From an uncultured Eubacterium sp. (GTDB lineage Bacteria > Bacillota > Clostridia > Lachnospirales > Lachnospiraceae), in contig CAMUML010000020.1 in assembly GCA_947089855.1 (NCBI GenBank), forward strand, positions 140-64,139: a DNA stretch of 64,000 nucleotides, read 5' to 3'. Position numbers and translations under genes: made by a program. The notes beneath the pieces were generated by a model. It did not search any database, was not told the origin of the DNA, and was given only the letters and a program-made list of their open reading frames with translations. Positions 41,578 through 52,477 of the stretch are shown here, one piece after another. Each line of letters starts with the position of its first letter. Position 1 is the stretch's first letter.

Positions 41578-42948
41578 ATGACTTCTGTACGCAATATGAC
41601 TTCCGGCACGCCGTGGCGGCTGATTCTTTCTTTTGCACTGCCATTGATGGCCGGCAACTTATTCCAGCAGTTTTACACAATTGCAGATGCTGCCATTGTC
41701 GGGCAGGCACTCGGTGTGCAGGCTATTGCCGCTGTCGGTGCCGCCGAGTGGATCATCTGGATGATGCAGGGTATGGTCCAAGGGTTTACCCAGGGGTTTG
41801 CGATCCAGATGTCCCAAGATTTCGGCGCCTCCAAGTACGGGAAACTACGCAGTGCCATTGTCAACTCCTCATTTCTTGCAATCGTAATCGCACTGCTTTT
41901 GCTTGTTTTTGGGCAGTTGTCTGCAGGCTGGCTGCTGGACCTTTTGCACACGCCACAGGCAGTCCTGCCGGATACCATGCGCTATATGCGCACCCTGTTT
42001 TGGGGGATCCCTGTCGTTATGGCTTATAACCTGGCTGCTTCTATCCTGCGCTCGCTTGGCGACGGCAAGACCCCGCTGTATGCAATGCTGTTTGCATCCC
42101 TTTTGAATATCGGGCTGGATATATTATTTGTACCCGTCCTGCATATGGGGGTGTTTGGGGCCGCTGCCGCCACCGTATTGGCACAGTGCGGTTCTTCGCT
42201 TATTTGTATTTTAAAAATAATACACATTGACACATTAAAATTCCGACGTGCCGATTTTTCGCTATCTACGCGGCTGCATCTGCGCCTTTTGGCGCTTGGC
42301 ATGCCAATGGCTTTTCAAAATGCTGTTATTTCAGTAGGCGGAATGATCGTCCAGTTTGTGATCAATGGATTTGGAGTTATATTTATTGCTGGTTTTACTG
42401 CTACGAATAAGCTGTATGGGATGCTAGAGGTCGCCGCAACCTCTTATGGATTTGCTATGACGACTTATACCGGCCAAAACCTGGGCGCCGGGAAAGCAGG
42501 ACGTATCCGGCAAGGATACAAGGAAGCGCTGCTGATCGCATTTATTACTTCTATTACAATAGCAGCTATTATGGTGTTTGCAGGCAAATGGATCCTGCTT
42601 TGTTTTATTAATGGAGATGAAACGACGACTGCAAATACGCTTGCCGTTGCCTACCGTTATTTATTTATTATGAGTGTATGTTTGCCTGTTTTATACTATC
42701 TGCATGTCACCCGCTCCTGTATACAGGGCCTTGGGAATACCATACTTCCTATGGTATCCGGATGCGCGGAATTCGGGATGCGTACCGGCGCGGCACTGCT
42801 GCTACCGCAGTTTATGGGGCAGGATGGGATCTTTTATGCAGAAATCGCAGCGTGGGCAGGCGCCGATATAGTATTATTTTTCAGCTTTTTTGCCTGTATG
42901 CGCAAGGTTCAGGCGCCCCGCAGCCAAACGGATACCCACAGGCAGTAA
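41578..42948 (+). CDS. MATE family efflux transporter
   Basis: QQFYTIADAAIVG, GDGKTP and GQNLGAG motifs. Confidence 0.93.
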   Translation: MTSVRNMTSGTPWRLILSFALPLMAGNLFQQFYTIADAAIVGQALGVQAIAAVGAAEWIIWMMQGMVQGFTQGFAIQMSQDFGASKYGKLRSAIVNSSFLAIVIALLLLVFGQLSAGWLLDLLHTPQAVLPDTMRYMRTLFWGIPVVMAYNLAASILRSLGDGKTPLYAMLFASLLNIGLDILFVPVLHMGVFGAAAATVLAQCGSSLICILKIIHIDTLKFRRADFSLSTRLHLRLLALGMPMAFQNAVISVGGMIVQFVINGFGVIFIAGFTATNKLYGMLEVAATSYGFAMTTYTGQNLGAGKAGRIRQGYKEALLIAFITSITIAAIMVFAGKWILLCFINGDETTTANTLAVAYRYLFIMSVCLPVLYYLHVTRSCIQGLGNTILPMVSGCAEFGMRTGAALLLPQFMGQDGIFYAEIAAWAGADIVLFFSFFACMRKVQAPRSQTDTHRQ

Positions 42949-42962
42949 AAATTTTCCGTTCC

Positions 42963-43838
42963 CTACAACTGCTTATATCCTTCCAGTATATGATGGTATA
43001 ATGTCCGCACCGCAGGCGCCATAAACTCCGGGTGCAGTGCCGCAACCCCAATAATACGGTACGCCTGCGGGCAGACCGGATAACAATCTACGTCATAGGG
43101 AATATCCCGCATCACCAGTTCTGGCATCAGGCAAATGCCAAACCCCTTTTCTACAAGCGCGATCGTAGATAAATCATCTACCACATGGTAACGCGACTGG
43201 ATACGCAGGGAGTTTTCTTTTAGAAAATTCTGGATGTCGGCATCCGTACATTCCCGCTGTGTGACAAACTGGTGGGCACGCATCTCCTCAATATCCATAT
43301 ACGGCTTTGCGCCTTCTTTCCTTGTGCCTTTCGGAAGCACGCACAGCAGCGGGTCTTTGTAAAGCGGTTCGATTGGGATGTCCTTGGCACTGGAAACGGA
43401 CAAAAACCCTAAATCCACCACGCCATTTTTAATCCAGTAATACACATCGTCATACGTCCCCTGGAATACTTCTACCGCGACCTCGGCATATTGTTTTTGG
43501 AACGACCGCAGCAGCCCTGGCAGCCAGTTTGTGCAGACGCTGGAAAATACCCCGATTTTGACCTTCCCCTGCTTTAACCCGTTTAACTGCGCGATCGCCT
43601 GTTTTAAACTCTCATCGCTATTTAAGACAGCATTGACATAAGGCAACAGGTGTTCCCCGCTGTTGGTCAGGGCAATGCCGGATTTTCCCCTGGTCAGCAC
43701 GGCAAAACCCAGCTCCTTTTCCATGGCTGAAATCGCATGGCTGACCGCAGACGGCGTAAGGCCAAGAATATCCGCCGCTTTATGGAAACTGCCGATGCTT
43801 GCCACCGTCTGGAATACCTGGTATGTCAGTAATGTCAT
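42963..43838 (-). CDS. LysR family transcriptional regulator
   Basis: GSFHKAADILGLTPSAVSHAI..ME.ELG HTH. Confidence 0.92.
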   Translation of the reverse strand: MTLLTYQVFQTVASIGSFHKAADILGLTPSAVSHAISAMEKELGFAVLTRGKSGIALTNSGEHLLPYVNAVLNSDESLKQAIAQLNGLKQGKVKIGVFSSVCTNWLPGLLRSFQKQYAEVAVEVFQGTYDDVYYWIKNGVVDLGFLSVSSAKDIPIEPLYKDPLLCVLPKGTRKEGAKPYMDIEEMRAHQFVTQRECTDADIQNFLKENSLRIQSRYHVVDDLSTIALVEKGFGICLMPELVMRDIPYDVDCYPVCPQAYRIIGVAALHPEFMAPAVRTLYHHILEGYKQL

Positions 43839-43869
43839 ATCCTAGCCCTTTCTTGTATGCCGCTGCCTG

Positions 43870-44862
43870 TCACCGTGCACATTTATATAACAAATCTTCC
43901 CACCTGCGGTCTACCTCTGCCTGGAACTGCACGATCAGATCCTCATTGCCTGGCTGGAACAAATGCTTAAACCGCCCCTGCGGCCTTAAGAAATCTTCCA
44001 CCGGCAGCTTGTGCTTTGGCTCATAAGATAAGGTCCACCGGCCATGGTCTACTTCAAAGAGGGGCCAGTAGCAAGTTTCCACCGCCAGCCTGCAAATTTC
44101 CATAATTTCCGGCGTGCGGTAGCGCCATCCCCTTGGACAAGGCGTCATAATATTTAAAAAGCACGCGCCTTTTGTATAAATCGCTTTTTCCGCCTTGCAA
44201 TGCAGGTCTTTAAAATCCGGCGTCAAAGTCGTCTGTGCGACATACGGTACGTCATGGTCTGCAATAATGGCAGACAGGTCTTTGCGGTTTTGCATTTTTC
44301 CATCCGACTGCGTACCTGCCGGGGTCGTCGTCGTATCCGCATATAATGGCGTTGCAGACGACCGCTGGATACCAGTATTCATATACGCGCCGTTGTCATA
44401 GCAGATATAAGCCATATCATGGCCGCGTTCCATTGCCCCTGACAACGACTGGAACCCAATATCATACGTCCCGCCGTCGCCGCCAAACGTCAGAAATTTA
44501 AAGTTCACATCCTGCGGCAGCCTTCCGCGTTTCTTTAATGCCCGATATGCCGTTTCCACACCGCTTAATGTCGCACCTGCATTTTCAAATGCATTATGGA
44601 TATAGCTGTCTTCCCAGGCAGTATAAGGATACATATAGGATGACACTTCCAGGCATCCCGTAGCATTGCCGACTACCGCATGGTCGCCCTCATGTAACGC
44701 ACGCAGCACCGCACGCACGCCAATGGTCGCCCCGCATCCAGCACACATCCGGTGCCCTGGCGCAAGGCGCTCTGGTTTGTTTACCCATTCTTTCAGGCGG
44801 TATGCGGCTGGATCTTGCACAGCAGCCTGCCCATCCCCGCCTGTCCTTGTATGATTGCCCAC
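43870..44862 (-). CDS. porB: Pyruvate/2-oxoacid:ferredoxin oxidoreductase beta subunit (TPP-binding)
   Basis: GHRMCAGCG and GGDGGTYDIG...YDNGAYMNTG motifs. Confidence 0.92.
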   Translation of the reverse strand: MGNHTRTGGDGQAAVQDPAAYRLKEWVNKPERLAPGHRMCAGCGATIGVRAVLRALHEGDHAVVGNATGCLEVSSYMYPYTAWEDSYIHNAFENAGATLSGVETAYRALKKRGRLPQDVNFKFLTFGGDGGTYDIGFQSLSGAMERGHDMAYICYDNGAYMNTGIQRSSATPLYADTTTTPAGTQSDGKMQNRKDLSAIIADHDVPYVAQTTLTPDFKDLHCKAEKAIYTKGACFLNIMTPCPRGWRYRTPEIMEICRLAVETCYWPLFEVDHGRWTLSYEPKHKLPVEDFLRPQGRFKHLFQPGNEDLIVQFQAEVDRRWEDLLYKCAR

Positions 44863-44872
44863 TGTATACCTC

Positions 44873-46054
44873 CTATTTCCGTAATCCTACATATTGGAAC
44901 TGCGGGACTTCTGCCCCGTCCCTATCAGCACCTTCCAGCTCTGCAAATACCGCATACACTTCCTGAACCGTAAAATCACGGCCGCCAAGGCCATAAATAT
45001 AATTTACCGTCCGTATCATCACCTTTTTGCGGAACAGCCCTGCATCCACTTCACAGCCTAAAGGCCCTCCATTGCCGTTATAGCTCTCACAACGGTCCAT
45101 AATTGCAGCCGCTTTGCAGTGCTTTAATGCTTCCGCCAATTCTTCTGCCGGAAACGGGCGGAATACACGCAGTTTGACCACGCCGACTTTTTTCCCCTGT
45201 TTGCGCAGGTCGTCTACCGCCTGCTTTGCCGTACCTGCCGCCGAACCCATAATCAGCATAATATAATCAGCATCCGCCGACCGGTATTCTTCAAACAGCC
45301 CAACGCCCCTGCCGGAAATTTTACGGAAATTCTGCGCGGTTTCCAAAATAACCGCCTTTGCCCGTTCCATTGCCTGCGCCTGGTTTTTCTTTGCCTCCAT
45401 TACATAATTAGAAGCAGCATATGGGCCAACTGCGACCGGTTTTCCAGGGTTTAACAAATACTCCTGCGGTTCATACTCCCCGACAAACTCCTTTACCACG
45501 TTATCTTCCAACAGTTCGATATTTTCCACCGCATGGCTTGTAATAAAACCGTCCTGGCATACCATCACTGGCAGGTGTACGTCCTGATGTTCTGCGATCG
45601 GATAAGCCTGGATGAAATTATCGTATGCTTCCTGGTTATTTTCCGCGTAAATCTGGATCCATCCGGTATCCCGCGCACCCATGCCGTCAGAATGGTCGCA
45701 GTTGATATTGATTGGCCCAGACAATGTGCGGTTTACAAGCGCAAGCACGACCGGCATCCGGTTGGAAGCCGCCAGCAGCAGCTCTTCCCACATCAGTGCA
45801 AGTCCCGCGGAAGAAGTCGCCGTCAAACTTCTAGCGCCTGCCGCTTGTGCCCCAATTGCTGCACTCATCGAAGAATGCTCGCTTTCAACAGGGATAAATT
45901 CCGTATCCATTTCCCCGTTTGCAATATAATTAGAAACCATCTGCGGGATTTCCGTAGACGGCGTAATCGGAAACGCAGGCATAACATCTGGGTTGATCTG
46001 GCGGATGGCATACGATACCGCCTCATTTCCTGACATACGGTCCTTGATCGCCAT
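44873..46054 (-). CDS. porA: Pyruvate/2-oxoacid:ferredoxin oxidoreductase alpha subunit (start MAIKDR)
   Basis: SGNEAV, FPITPST, ESEHS and YGLGGRD motifs. Confidence 0.92.
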   Translation of the reverse strand: MAIKDRMSGNEAVSYAIRQINPDVMPAFPITPSTEIPQMVSNYIANGEMDTEFIPVESEHSSMSAAIGAQAAGARSLTATSSAGLALMWEELLLAASNRMPVVLALVNRTLSGPININCDHSDGMGARDTGWIQIYAENNQEAYDNFIQAYPIAEHQDVHLPVMVCQDGFITSHAVENIELLEDNVVKEFVGEYEPQEYLLNPGKPVAVGPYAASNYVMEAKKNQAQAMERAKAVILETAQNFRKISGRGVGLFEEYRSADADYIMLIMGSAAGTAKQAVDDLRKQGKKVGVVKLRVFRPFPAEELAEALKHCKAAAIMDRCESYNGNGGPLGCEVDAGLFRKKVMIRTVNYIYGLGGRDFTVQEVYAVFAELEGADRDGAEVPQFQYVGLRK

Positions 46055-46056
46055 AG

Positions 46057-46359
46057 CTACAAACCCTCCTTCATCGCAATCGCACCAAATGGGCAAGCCG
46101 CCGCACAGATACCACAGCCTTTGCAGTGGTTATAATCAAATTCCCCACGCCTGCCGTCCACTACCGGAATACTGGAATCCGGGCAGACCGGCACACAGAG
46201 CATGCACTGCTTGCACAGATTTGCATCGAAAACCGGTGTGCTTGTACGCCATTCGCCTGTATGAAAATACCGCGACGTCCCTGGGGCAAACATCATCAAG
46301 CCCTCCGTCAGATCCTGGTGCCTAGACTGCTCATTGATCTTATGTACATCTGTCCTCAT
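46057..46359 (-). CDS. porD: Oxidoreductase delta subunit (2x[4Fe-4S])
   Basis: TGEWR, CKQCMLC..VCP and CKGCGICAAACP motifs. Confidence 0.9.
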   Translation of the reverse strand: MRTDVHKINEQSRHQDLTEGLMMFAPGTSRYFHTGEWRTSTPVFDANLCKQCMLCVPVCPDSSIPVVDGRRGEFDYNHCKGCGICAAACPFGAIAMKEGL

Positions 46360-46389
46360 TTTTTCTGTTCTCCGTTACATTTATATTAT

Positions 46390-46995
46390 TTATGCACTTT
46401 TTTTCATTTCGTGCTTTAATGCCTCTTCCAATCGGTCATACGCCATAGACAGCGCTTTCATATTCCCATCGATTACTTCCGGCTTTTTTGCAAACTTATG
46501 TGCAAACAGTGCCCGCATTTCCTTCATAAAAGCATCGCGCCCCATTACGCCGCTGACTGCAACAGCTGCTGCCAACATTGGGGAATTTGGGAAATTCCTG
46601 CCCAGCGCTTCCTCAGAAATCTTCCTGGCATCCAGGGTATACACGCTTCCCTGATAACCGTTCAAATAAGGGAGGATCTCCTGCTTTGCCTTTGGAGTAT
46701 TGATAATGGCCGCGCCGTCCCGTCTCAGCCCGGCGGTTACATCTACGGAATGAAGTAATGTCTCGTCTACCACCAGCACCAGGTTTGGGGTATAAATATT
46801 GGAATGCACACGGATTGGTTCTTTGCTGATCCGATTATATGCAGTAATCGGCGCACCCATCCGCTCTGGCCCATATTCCGGGAACCCTTGTACATACTGC
46901 CCGGTTTTAAATGCTGCATCTGCCAGCAGCAGTGCCGCTGTCTTTGCGCCCTGGCCGCCCCTGCCGTGCCATCTGATTTCAAGTCCACTGCTCAT
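46390..46995 (-). CDS. porC: Oxidoreductase gamma subunit (start MSSGLE)
   Basis: EIRWHGRGGQG and FPEYGPERMGAP motifs. Confidence 0.92.
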   Translation of the reverse strand: MSSGLEIRWHGRGGQGAKTAALLLADAAFKTGQYVQGFPEYGPERMGAPITAYNRISKEPIRVHSNIYTPNLVLVVDETLLHSVDVTAGLRRDGAAIINTPKAKQEILPYLNGYQGSVYTLDARKISEEALGRNFPNSPMLAAAVAVSGVMGRDAFMKEMRALFAHKFAKKPEVIDGNMKALSMAYDRLEEALKHEMKKSA

Positions 46996-47279
46996 TTTAC
47001 AATATCTCCTTTTTCTGCTTTGATTAAAATAATATATATTTGCAGCTTTTTTCTTCTGCAACGTTTTTTATTATAATTTCATACTGGCCTGTTGTAAAGT
47101 GAAAATGTGAGGAGATTTCATTTTTAAGATGAATTTTTTTCATGTTTTTGGGTAAGGAAGGCAGTGGGCATTGGGGCGGATTGGAGGGTATGAATATAGT
47201 AGTTGGCAGATGGTAGGCTTATGGGGTTGGTTATTATTTGGTGCAAGATGAGAAGTTTTTTTGGTGTACTGGAAATGGC

Positions 47280-47424
47280 TGGAAAGCCATCCGTGGTGCA
47301 ATCCCCTTCTCCGGGCAGAAGCCCAGGCAGTTGGTATGCAGGCCGGTTCCCCATTATGCCAGATAAATCCGTTTTCTGTATCTATCATCCATCCCATTCC
47401 AATCTCATCCATGCCCAAGGCCAT
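47280..47424 (-). pseudogene. Remnant of a serine hydrolase/beta-lactamase-family C-terminus
   Basis: 'IGMGWMIDTENGFIWHNG', then after a frameshift 'TGLHTNCLGFCPEKGIA', matching the WHNGGT motif region. Confidence 0.55.
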
Positions 47425-47467
47425 GTCTTTCTTTTGCTAACCTTTGCCATACCACTCAACTGCCTTT

Positions 47468-48295
47468 TCAAATCCCAAGCACCCTGCACAAAACGCTAAT
47501 ATCCATCTCCATTTGTATATAGTCTGCATCCACATCCGCCGCGTATTCCGGCGAAAGATTTGAATGCACATAATAGGCATCCATCCCCGCCTTCTTTGCG
47601 CCTGCAATATCACAGACCGCGTCATTCCCGATCATAAGACTCTCCCCTGCCTCCAGCCGGCAGGAATCCAGCAACATCTGAAAAAAGCGAATATCCGGTT
47701 TTTTCATCCCATAATCAGACGAAATCAATATTTTGTCAAAGCACTCCGCAATGCCCAGCAGCTGCAGCTCATACTCTGTAAAAATCCTCTGCGCATTTGT
47801 CAGCAGACAGACTGTCCTGCCTTTCTGCCGGAGTCTTTTCAGCATCTGCGGCACGCCTTCATAAAGACGGATATAATCTGTCGTCAGCACTCGAAAAAAC
47901 TGCCCCGCATGAAGCACAAGGCATTCCTGCGGCTGTATCCCCCTGTCTGTAAATAACTGCCGAAACACCTTATCTAAGCAGATCTCTGGATTTCCTTCAT
48001 AACTGCCGCCCAGGCTCTTTTCCGTAGCGCCATCTATGCTTTCGGCCCTATTCCGGTACATTCTGGCGGCCTCATTCCCCGTCCGAAGAACCACTTCTTT
48101 TTGAAACATGCCCGCAGCCCTCCGCTCCGCCATACGAACAAGGTTCTCATAAGCTTCCTTCAGTTCTCCTGGCTCATACCGCGCACGATAATATCCATAA
48201 AAAAGCGCCATTTTCTCCCAGACGCTGCTGCGCTGTTCATCCGTATGAATATCAGCCAGCGTTCCATAAAAGTCAAAAATATAATTCTTATACAT
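47468..48295 (-). CDS. HAD-superfamily hydrolase (start MYKNY)
   Basis: FDFYGTL, LTNA, KKPD and MIGND..CD motifs. Confidence 0.9.
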   Translation of the reverse strand: MYKNYIFDFYGTLADIHTDEQRSSVWEKMALFYGYYRARYEPGELKEAYENLVRMAERRAAGMFQKEVVLRTGNEAARMYRNRAESIDGATEKSLGGSYEGNPEICLDKVFRQLFTDRGIQPQECLVLHAGQFFRVLTTDYIRLYEGVPQMLKRLRQKGRTVCLLTNAQRIFTEYELQLLGIAECFDKILISSDYGMKKPDIRFFQMLLDSCRLEAGESLMIGNDAVCDIAGAKKAGMDAYYVHSNLSPEYAADVDADYIQMEMDISVLCRVLGI

Positions 48296-48360
48296 AATCC
48301 TGCCAATCCTGCTGTTCACAGCTCCTTATACACTCCACAGCCGTAATTTATAAAGTCATG

Positions 48361-50361
48361 TTAATGTTCTTTTTCATGCTGCTGCAGTGCCTCATATACC
48401 CGCAGAATCTCGCCGACACTCCACGCCTGCGCAAAACATCCTTTTGAAAACGCCGGATTCTCACCATCATAAATCTCCGGGAGCTGCCCAATACAGCCCT
48501 CTCCAAGAGCGCTTTCCAGTGCCGCCAGCTGCTCCACGACTTTTTCTTTCGCCTCTTTCGAATATTCCCTCGTCTTTAAATATGCCAGATAATACGCTCC
48601 GAGCGGAAATACCCAGACCGTCCCCTGATGATAGGCAAGGTCGCGCTCTATCTGCGCCCCTCCATACCATCCATGAAATTGCGGGTCAGACATCTCAAGC
48701 GTACTCAGCCCGTACGGCGTATACAGCTTTTCAAATACGGTATCTACAACCAGCCTTTCCTGCTCACGCTCTAGCAGCGCAAACGGCATGGAGACGGCCC
48801 AGATCTGATTGCAGCGGATCTGATTGTCGGCATCCGTACCTGAGATTACATCTTTTAAGCATTTCTTATCCCCATTCCAGAATTTCATCTGAAAGCTCTT
48901 TTTCACTTTCTGCGCCAGACGCGCATAATCGCTGCCCTCATCTGCCGCGCGCGGCTCCGGCTCCTTTTTGCCTTTCTCCAGCTGTCCATATGGCATCCCA
49001 TACAGCGCATCCATAATGCAAAGCGCATTATACCAATATACATTTACCTCCACCGGCTTTCCATGCCGCGGAGTCGGCAGAATCTCCCCGATGCGCACAT
49101 CCATCCACGTCACCTGATCGTATGCTTCTCCCGCAAGCAGAAGCCCATCTTCATCCATACGGATTCCGTACGCCGTCCCTTTCCGATACCACCTGATAAT
49201 ATCCTCCATCACCGGACGGACTTCCCCTGCAAACCGCAGATCTTTTGTCTTTTGAACATACAGATACACTGCATGTATGTACAAAAGCGCAGCATCCACC
49301 GTATTATAACGCGGCTCGCCGGATCCGTCCGGGAATAGATTCGGCATCAGCCCGTCTTTGCAGTATTTAGCAAACGTACGCAGAATACTCTTTGCAGCAT
49401 CCGGCTGCCCCGCCGAAATACAGCAGCCTGCCAGCGCAATCATCGTATCCCTTCCCCAGTCCCCAAAAAAAGGATAGCCTGCGATCATCGTCTTTCCGCC
49501 TGTTGAAGCCCGCTCCGTTACAAATTGATCTGCACTTTTTGCCAGCATCCTTGCGGCATCCTGCTTCATGCCCGAAGCATCCGCCAACGCGCTGCGGTAA
49601 TCGTCCGCCTCCCGTATCACTTCATCTGCCGATTTTTTAATTTCCTTTAGGCTGTATACCATCTCCAATGTCCTGCAGGCATACCCCGGCACCGTACATT
49701 CAATCAGGTGGTTAGCATAATCATTCCCTATGCTTTCCCGTCCATCGCATTCATCATATGCATAATATAATCCTTCCGTAAATTTCTGCGAAAAACACCG
49801 CACCGTCCCATTCGTACGAAAATAAACCGTCCAGCCTTCACAGGAAATCCTATCTTTTTCAATTACAAATTCCCTGCCAGAAGCTGCGCGCATATTTTTC
49901 GGCACAAACTGCAGATGCGGAGTCACCTGTAACGCCGCATCCCCTCCTGTGCGGTTATCAATCACATACTTTACCACAGCTAGATTTTCCCCATGCTCCA
50001 TCGCAATTTCCTTCACAACTTCCACACCATGAAAATGATACATCCATTTCGGGTGATCTTCGAAGCTGAAGCTGGAAAGCCAGTGAAATCCATCTTCATT
50101 TTTATCCGGTTTTACATACTCCTGGCTGGACAAATGCACAGACATTTCCCCCGCCTCCAGCACTTCCTCCAGCCTGTTTATCATATTATAACGATGATCC
50201 GGCGCCTGCGTACATGCCATAAAAAACGCATGGTCGCTCCTTGTATTCGAGCCAAGCATCGTCGCCGCCGAATAGCCTCCCAGGCCATTCGTCAGCAGAT
50301 AGCAGTTTTCCTGTCCTCGTTCCCTCTTTGTCCAATTCTGCTTTCCATATACAAATTTCAC
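48361..50361 (-). CDS. Amylo-alpha-1,6-glucosidase (glycogen debranching enzyme); GTG start at 50361
   Basis: LLTNGLGGY, AGYPFFGDWGRDTMI, TWMD, YHQGTVW and QAWSVGE motifs; GAGGAGG RBS. Confidence 0.92.
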   Translation of the reverse strand: MKFVYGKQNWTKRERGQENCYLLTNGLGGYSAATMLGSNTRSDHAFFMACTQAPDHRYNMINRLEEVLEAGEMSVHLSSQEYVKPDKNEDGFHWLSSFSFEDHPKWMYHFHGVEVVKEIAMEHGENLAVVKYVIDNRTGGDAALQVTPHLQFVPKNMRAASGREFVIEKDRISCEGWTVYFRTNGTVRCFSQKFTEGLYYAYDECDGRESIGNDYANHLIECTVPGYACRTLEMVYSLKEIKKSADEVIREADDYRSALADASGMKQDAARMLAKSADQFVTERASTGGKTMIAGYPFFGDWGRDTMIALAGCCISAGQPDAAKSILRTFAKYCKDGLMPNLFPDGSGEPRYNTVDAALLYIHAVYLYVQKTKDLRFAGEVRPVMEDIIRWYRKGTAYGIRMDEDGLLLAGEAYDQVTWMDVRIGEILPTPRHGKPVEVNVYWYNALCIMDALYGMPYGQLEKGKKEPEPRAADEGSDYARLAQKVKKSFQMKFWNGDKKCLKDVISGTDADNQIRCNQIWAVSMPFALLEREQERLVVDTVFEKLYTPYGLSTLEMSDPQFHGWYGGAQIERDLAYHQGTVWVFPLGAYYLAYLKTREYSKEAKEKVVEQLAALESALGEGCIGQLPEIYDGENPAFSKGCFAQAWSVGEILRVYEALQQHEKEH

Positions 50362-50386
50362 AATCCGTTCCTCCTCTCCGGCAATT

Positions 50387-52477
50387 TCATACCCCGCTCC
50401 TCCTCCCAAAAACCCTGACGGATACCGGAGGAATCTGCTGCTCTCCATGCACTACAGCTGGCCGCTGCCACAGCCATGCACTGCTGTCATCTATAAGCAG
50501 CTCCCATTTGCCATCCGGTAAGAAAAATGAATGCTCCTTTTGCGAAGCATTATACCACACAGACAAAACATCCCACGACACTTCCGAATCCGGTTCCTGA
50601 TAATTCCATTCGCAATTCTCTGAACACCCTGTGGCTCCCAGCTGATTCTGCTTACATAAATCTATTTCCGCTACAGCTTCCGGCCGGTTCTGCACACAGA
50701 AACACGACTCCGCATCCGACTGATTCTGCACACAGAACTGCACAACCCCTTCTGCTATAATCCGTCCTCCCTGAATCCGCTTTCCTGCATCTGGTGATTT
50801 GTCATACAATCCGGGCAGCCTTTTACGAAATGCAATCAGCCCCCTATAATAAGACAGTAAATCCTCATATTCATACACCCGTTTCCAGTCAATCTGGTTA
50901 ATCTCCGGCGCAGAGCAGTAGCTATTTTTATCTCCCTGCTTCGTCCTTGCCGCTTCCTCGCCGCCCAAGAAAAAAATCCGCCCCTGGCAGGTAAAATACA
51001 CCGCAGCCGCCATTTTCCCTGCCTGGACAACCTGTTCGCTGCGTGCCGTATAAGAACTTTTGGGCCCCAGCGTAGCAACCAGCTTATCCCACAAGGTCAG
51101 ATTATCATGCGCCGAGAGATAAGACACTACCTGAGACGGCGATTTTGCCCGAAACATCCTGCCGCCGTCCGTCCACGCACATGCCGCATGTAAAATATCC
51201 TGTTCGCAGTCCCTGCCGCCATTGACAAAGCCGGGTACATCCGCATCAAACACATGCCCTTTCACAGCATCCCTTGTAGCATCACAAAAGACCCCCACCC
51301 TGCTGTTTAAATACTGCATATTTTCTGACAGACAAGGCCGGTATCCTTCCTCCATCGCGGTATCTGCAGCCTGCCACGGCTCCCCGTACAGCACAATTTC
51401 ATCTTTTCCAAAACGGACATCCAGCGCCTCCCGTATCTCATTCATCAGCTCCGTATCCATTAATCCCATCAGATCAAACCGAAAACCATCCATATGGTAC
51501 TCCGCCGCCCAGTACAAGACCGATTCCAGAATATATTTACGGCACATTTTCCGCTCGCTTGCTAGATCATTGCCGCAGGCTGAACCGTCAGAATAAGTGC
51601 CGTCTGCAAACTGCCGATAAAAATAATGCGGCACAGTCCTTGAAAACCAAGAATCCAACCTGTAAGTATGGTTATATACGACATCCATAATAACACGGAT
51701 TCCATTTTTATGCAAAGCCATGACTAATTCCTTTAACTCCCGTATCCTGACTTCGCCATGAAACGGGTCTGTCGCATAAGACCCCTCCGGCACATTATAA
51801 TTCATCGGGTCATATCCCCAGTTATATTCCTGTATGCCGCCAGCTTCATCCACCGACCCAAAATCAAAGACCGGCATCAGCTGTACATGCGTCACGCCAA
51901 GCCTCTTTAGATAATCCAGACAGGTCGGCTGTTTGCCCGCACCGTTTAACGTAGTTCCCTCTATGGTAAACGCCTTGTATTTTCCCCTGTAAGCTTTCGG
52001 CACTCCGCTTGCCGGGTCGTATGAAAAATCTTTCACATGGATTTCATAGATCACCTGTTCCGTAGTTTTTGCAGGCCGCAGATCATGCTCCCAACCCGCC
52101 GGATTTGTCTTTCGCAGATCTACAGCCATGCTGCGCAGCCCGTTGCAGCCACACGCTTTCGCATAAGGGTCAGCCGTCCGGTTTACCCGTCCGTCCACCG
52201 TAACCGTATAATCATAATAAATCCCATGGCAGTTCCTGCTGTCCGCATATTCCCAGACGCCCTTTTCCTTCTTCTGCATCGCAACGGATTCCTGCAGTAG
52301 CCCTTCCCCATCCTGATACAAATTCAAGGCCACCCGCTCCGCCAGAGGGCTCCAGAGCTTAAAAGTCGTCCCCCTCGGCCCGCAGACCGCGCCCAGATCA
52401 TCCCCATCATACAGATATGTTTCCTGAAACTGCCTGCTTTCATAATATTTTTTATATTCTTCTGCCTTCATTTCCAA
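50387..52477 (-). CDS. pulA: Type I pullulanase (GH13)
   Basis: YNWGYDP, MDVVYNH, DGFRFDLMG, YGEPW and AHDN motifs. Confidence 0.93.
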   Translation of the reverse strand: MEMKAEEYKKYYESRQFQETYLYDGDDLGAVCGPRGTTFKLWSPLAERVALNLYQDGEGLLQESVAMQKKEKGVWEYADSRNCHGIYYDYTVTVDGRVNRTADPYAKACGCNGLRSMAVDLRKTNPAGWEHDLRPAKTTEQVIYEIHVKDFSYDPASGVPKAYRGKYKAFTIEGTTLNGAGKQPTCLDYLKRLGVTHVQLMPVFDFGSVDEAGGIQEYNWGYDPMNYNVPEGSYATDPFHGEVRIRELKELVMALHKNGIRVIMDVVYNHTYRLDSWFSRTVPHYFYRQFADGTYSDGSACGNDLASERKMCRKYILESVLYWAAEYHMDGFRFDLMGLMDTELMNEIREALDVRFGKDEIVLYGEPWQAADTAMEEGYRPCLSENMQYLNSRVGVFCDATRDAVKGHVFDADVPGFVNGGRDCEQDILHAACAWTDGGRMFRAKSPSQVVSYLSAHDNLTLWDKLVATLGPKSSYTARSEQVVQAGKMAAAVYFTCQGRIFFLGGEEAARTKQGDKNSYCSAPEINQIDWKRVYEYEDLLSYYRGLIAFRKRLPGLYDKSPDAGKRIQGGRIIAEGVVQFCVQNQSDAESCFCVQNRPEAVAEIDLCKQNQLGATGCSENCEWNYQEPDSEVSWDVLSVWYNASQKEHSFFLPDGKWELLIDDSSAWLWQRPAVVHGEQQIPPVSVRVFGRRSGV

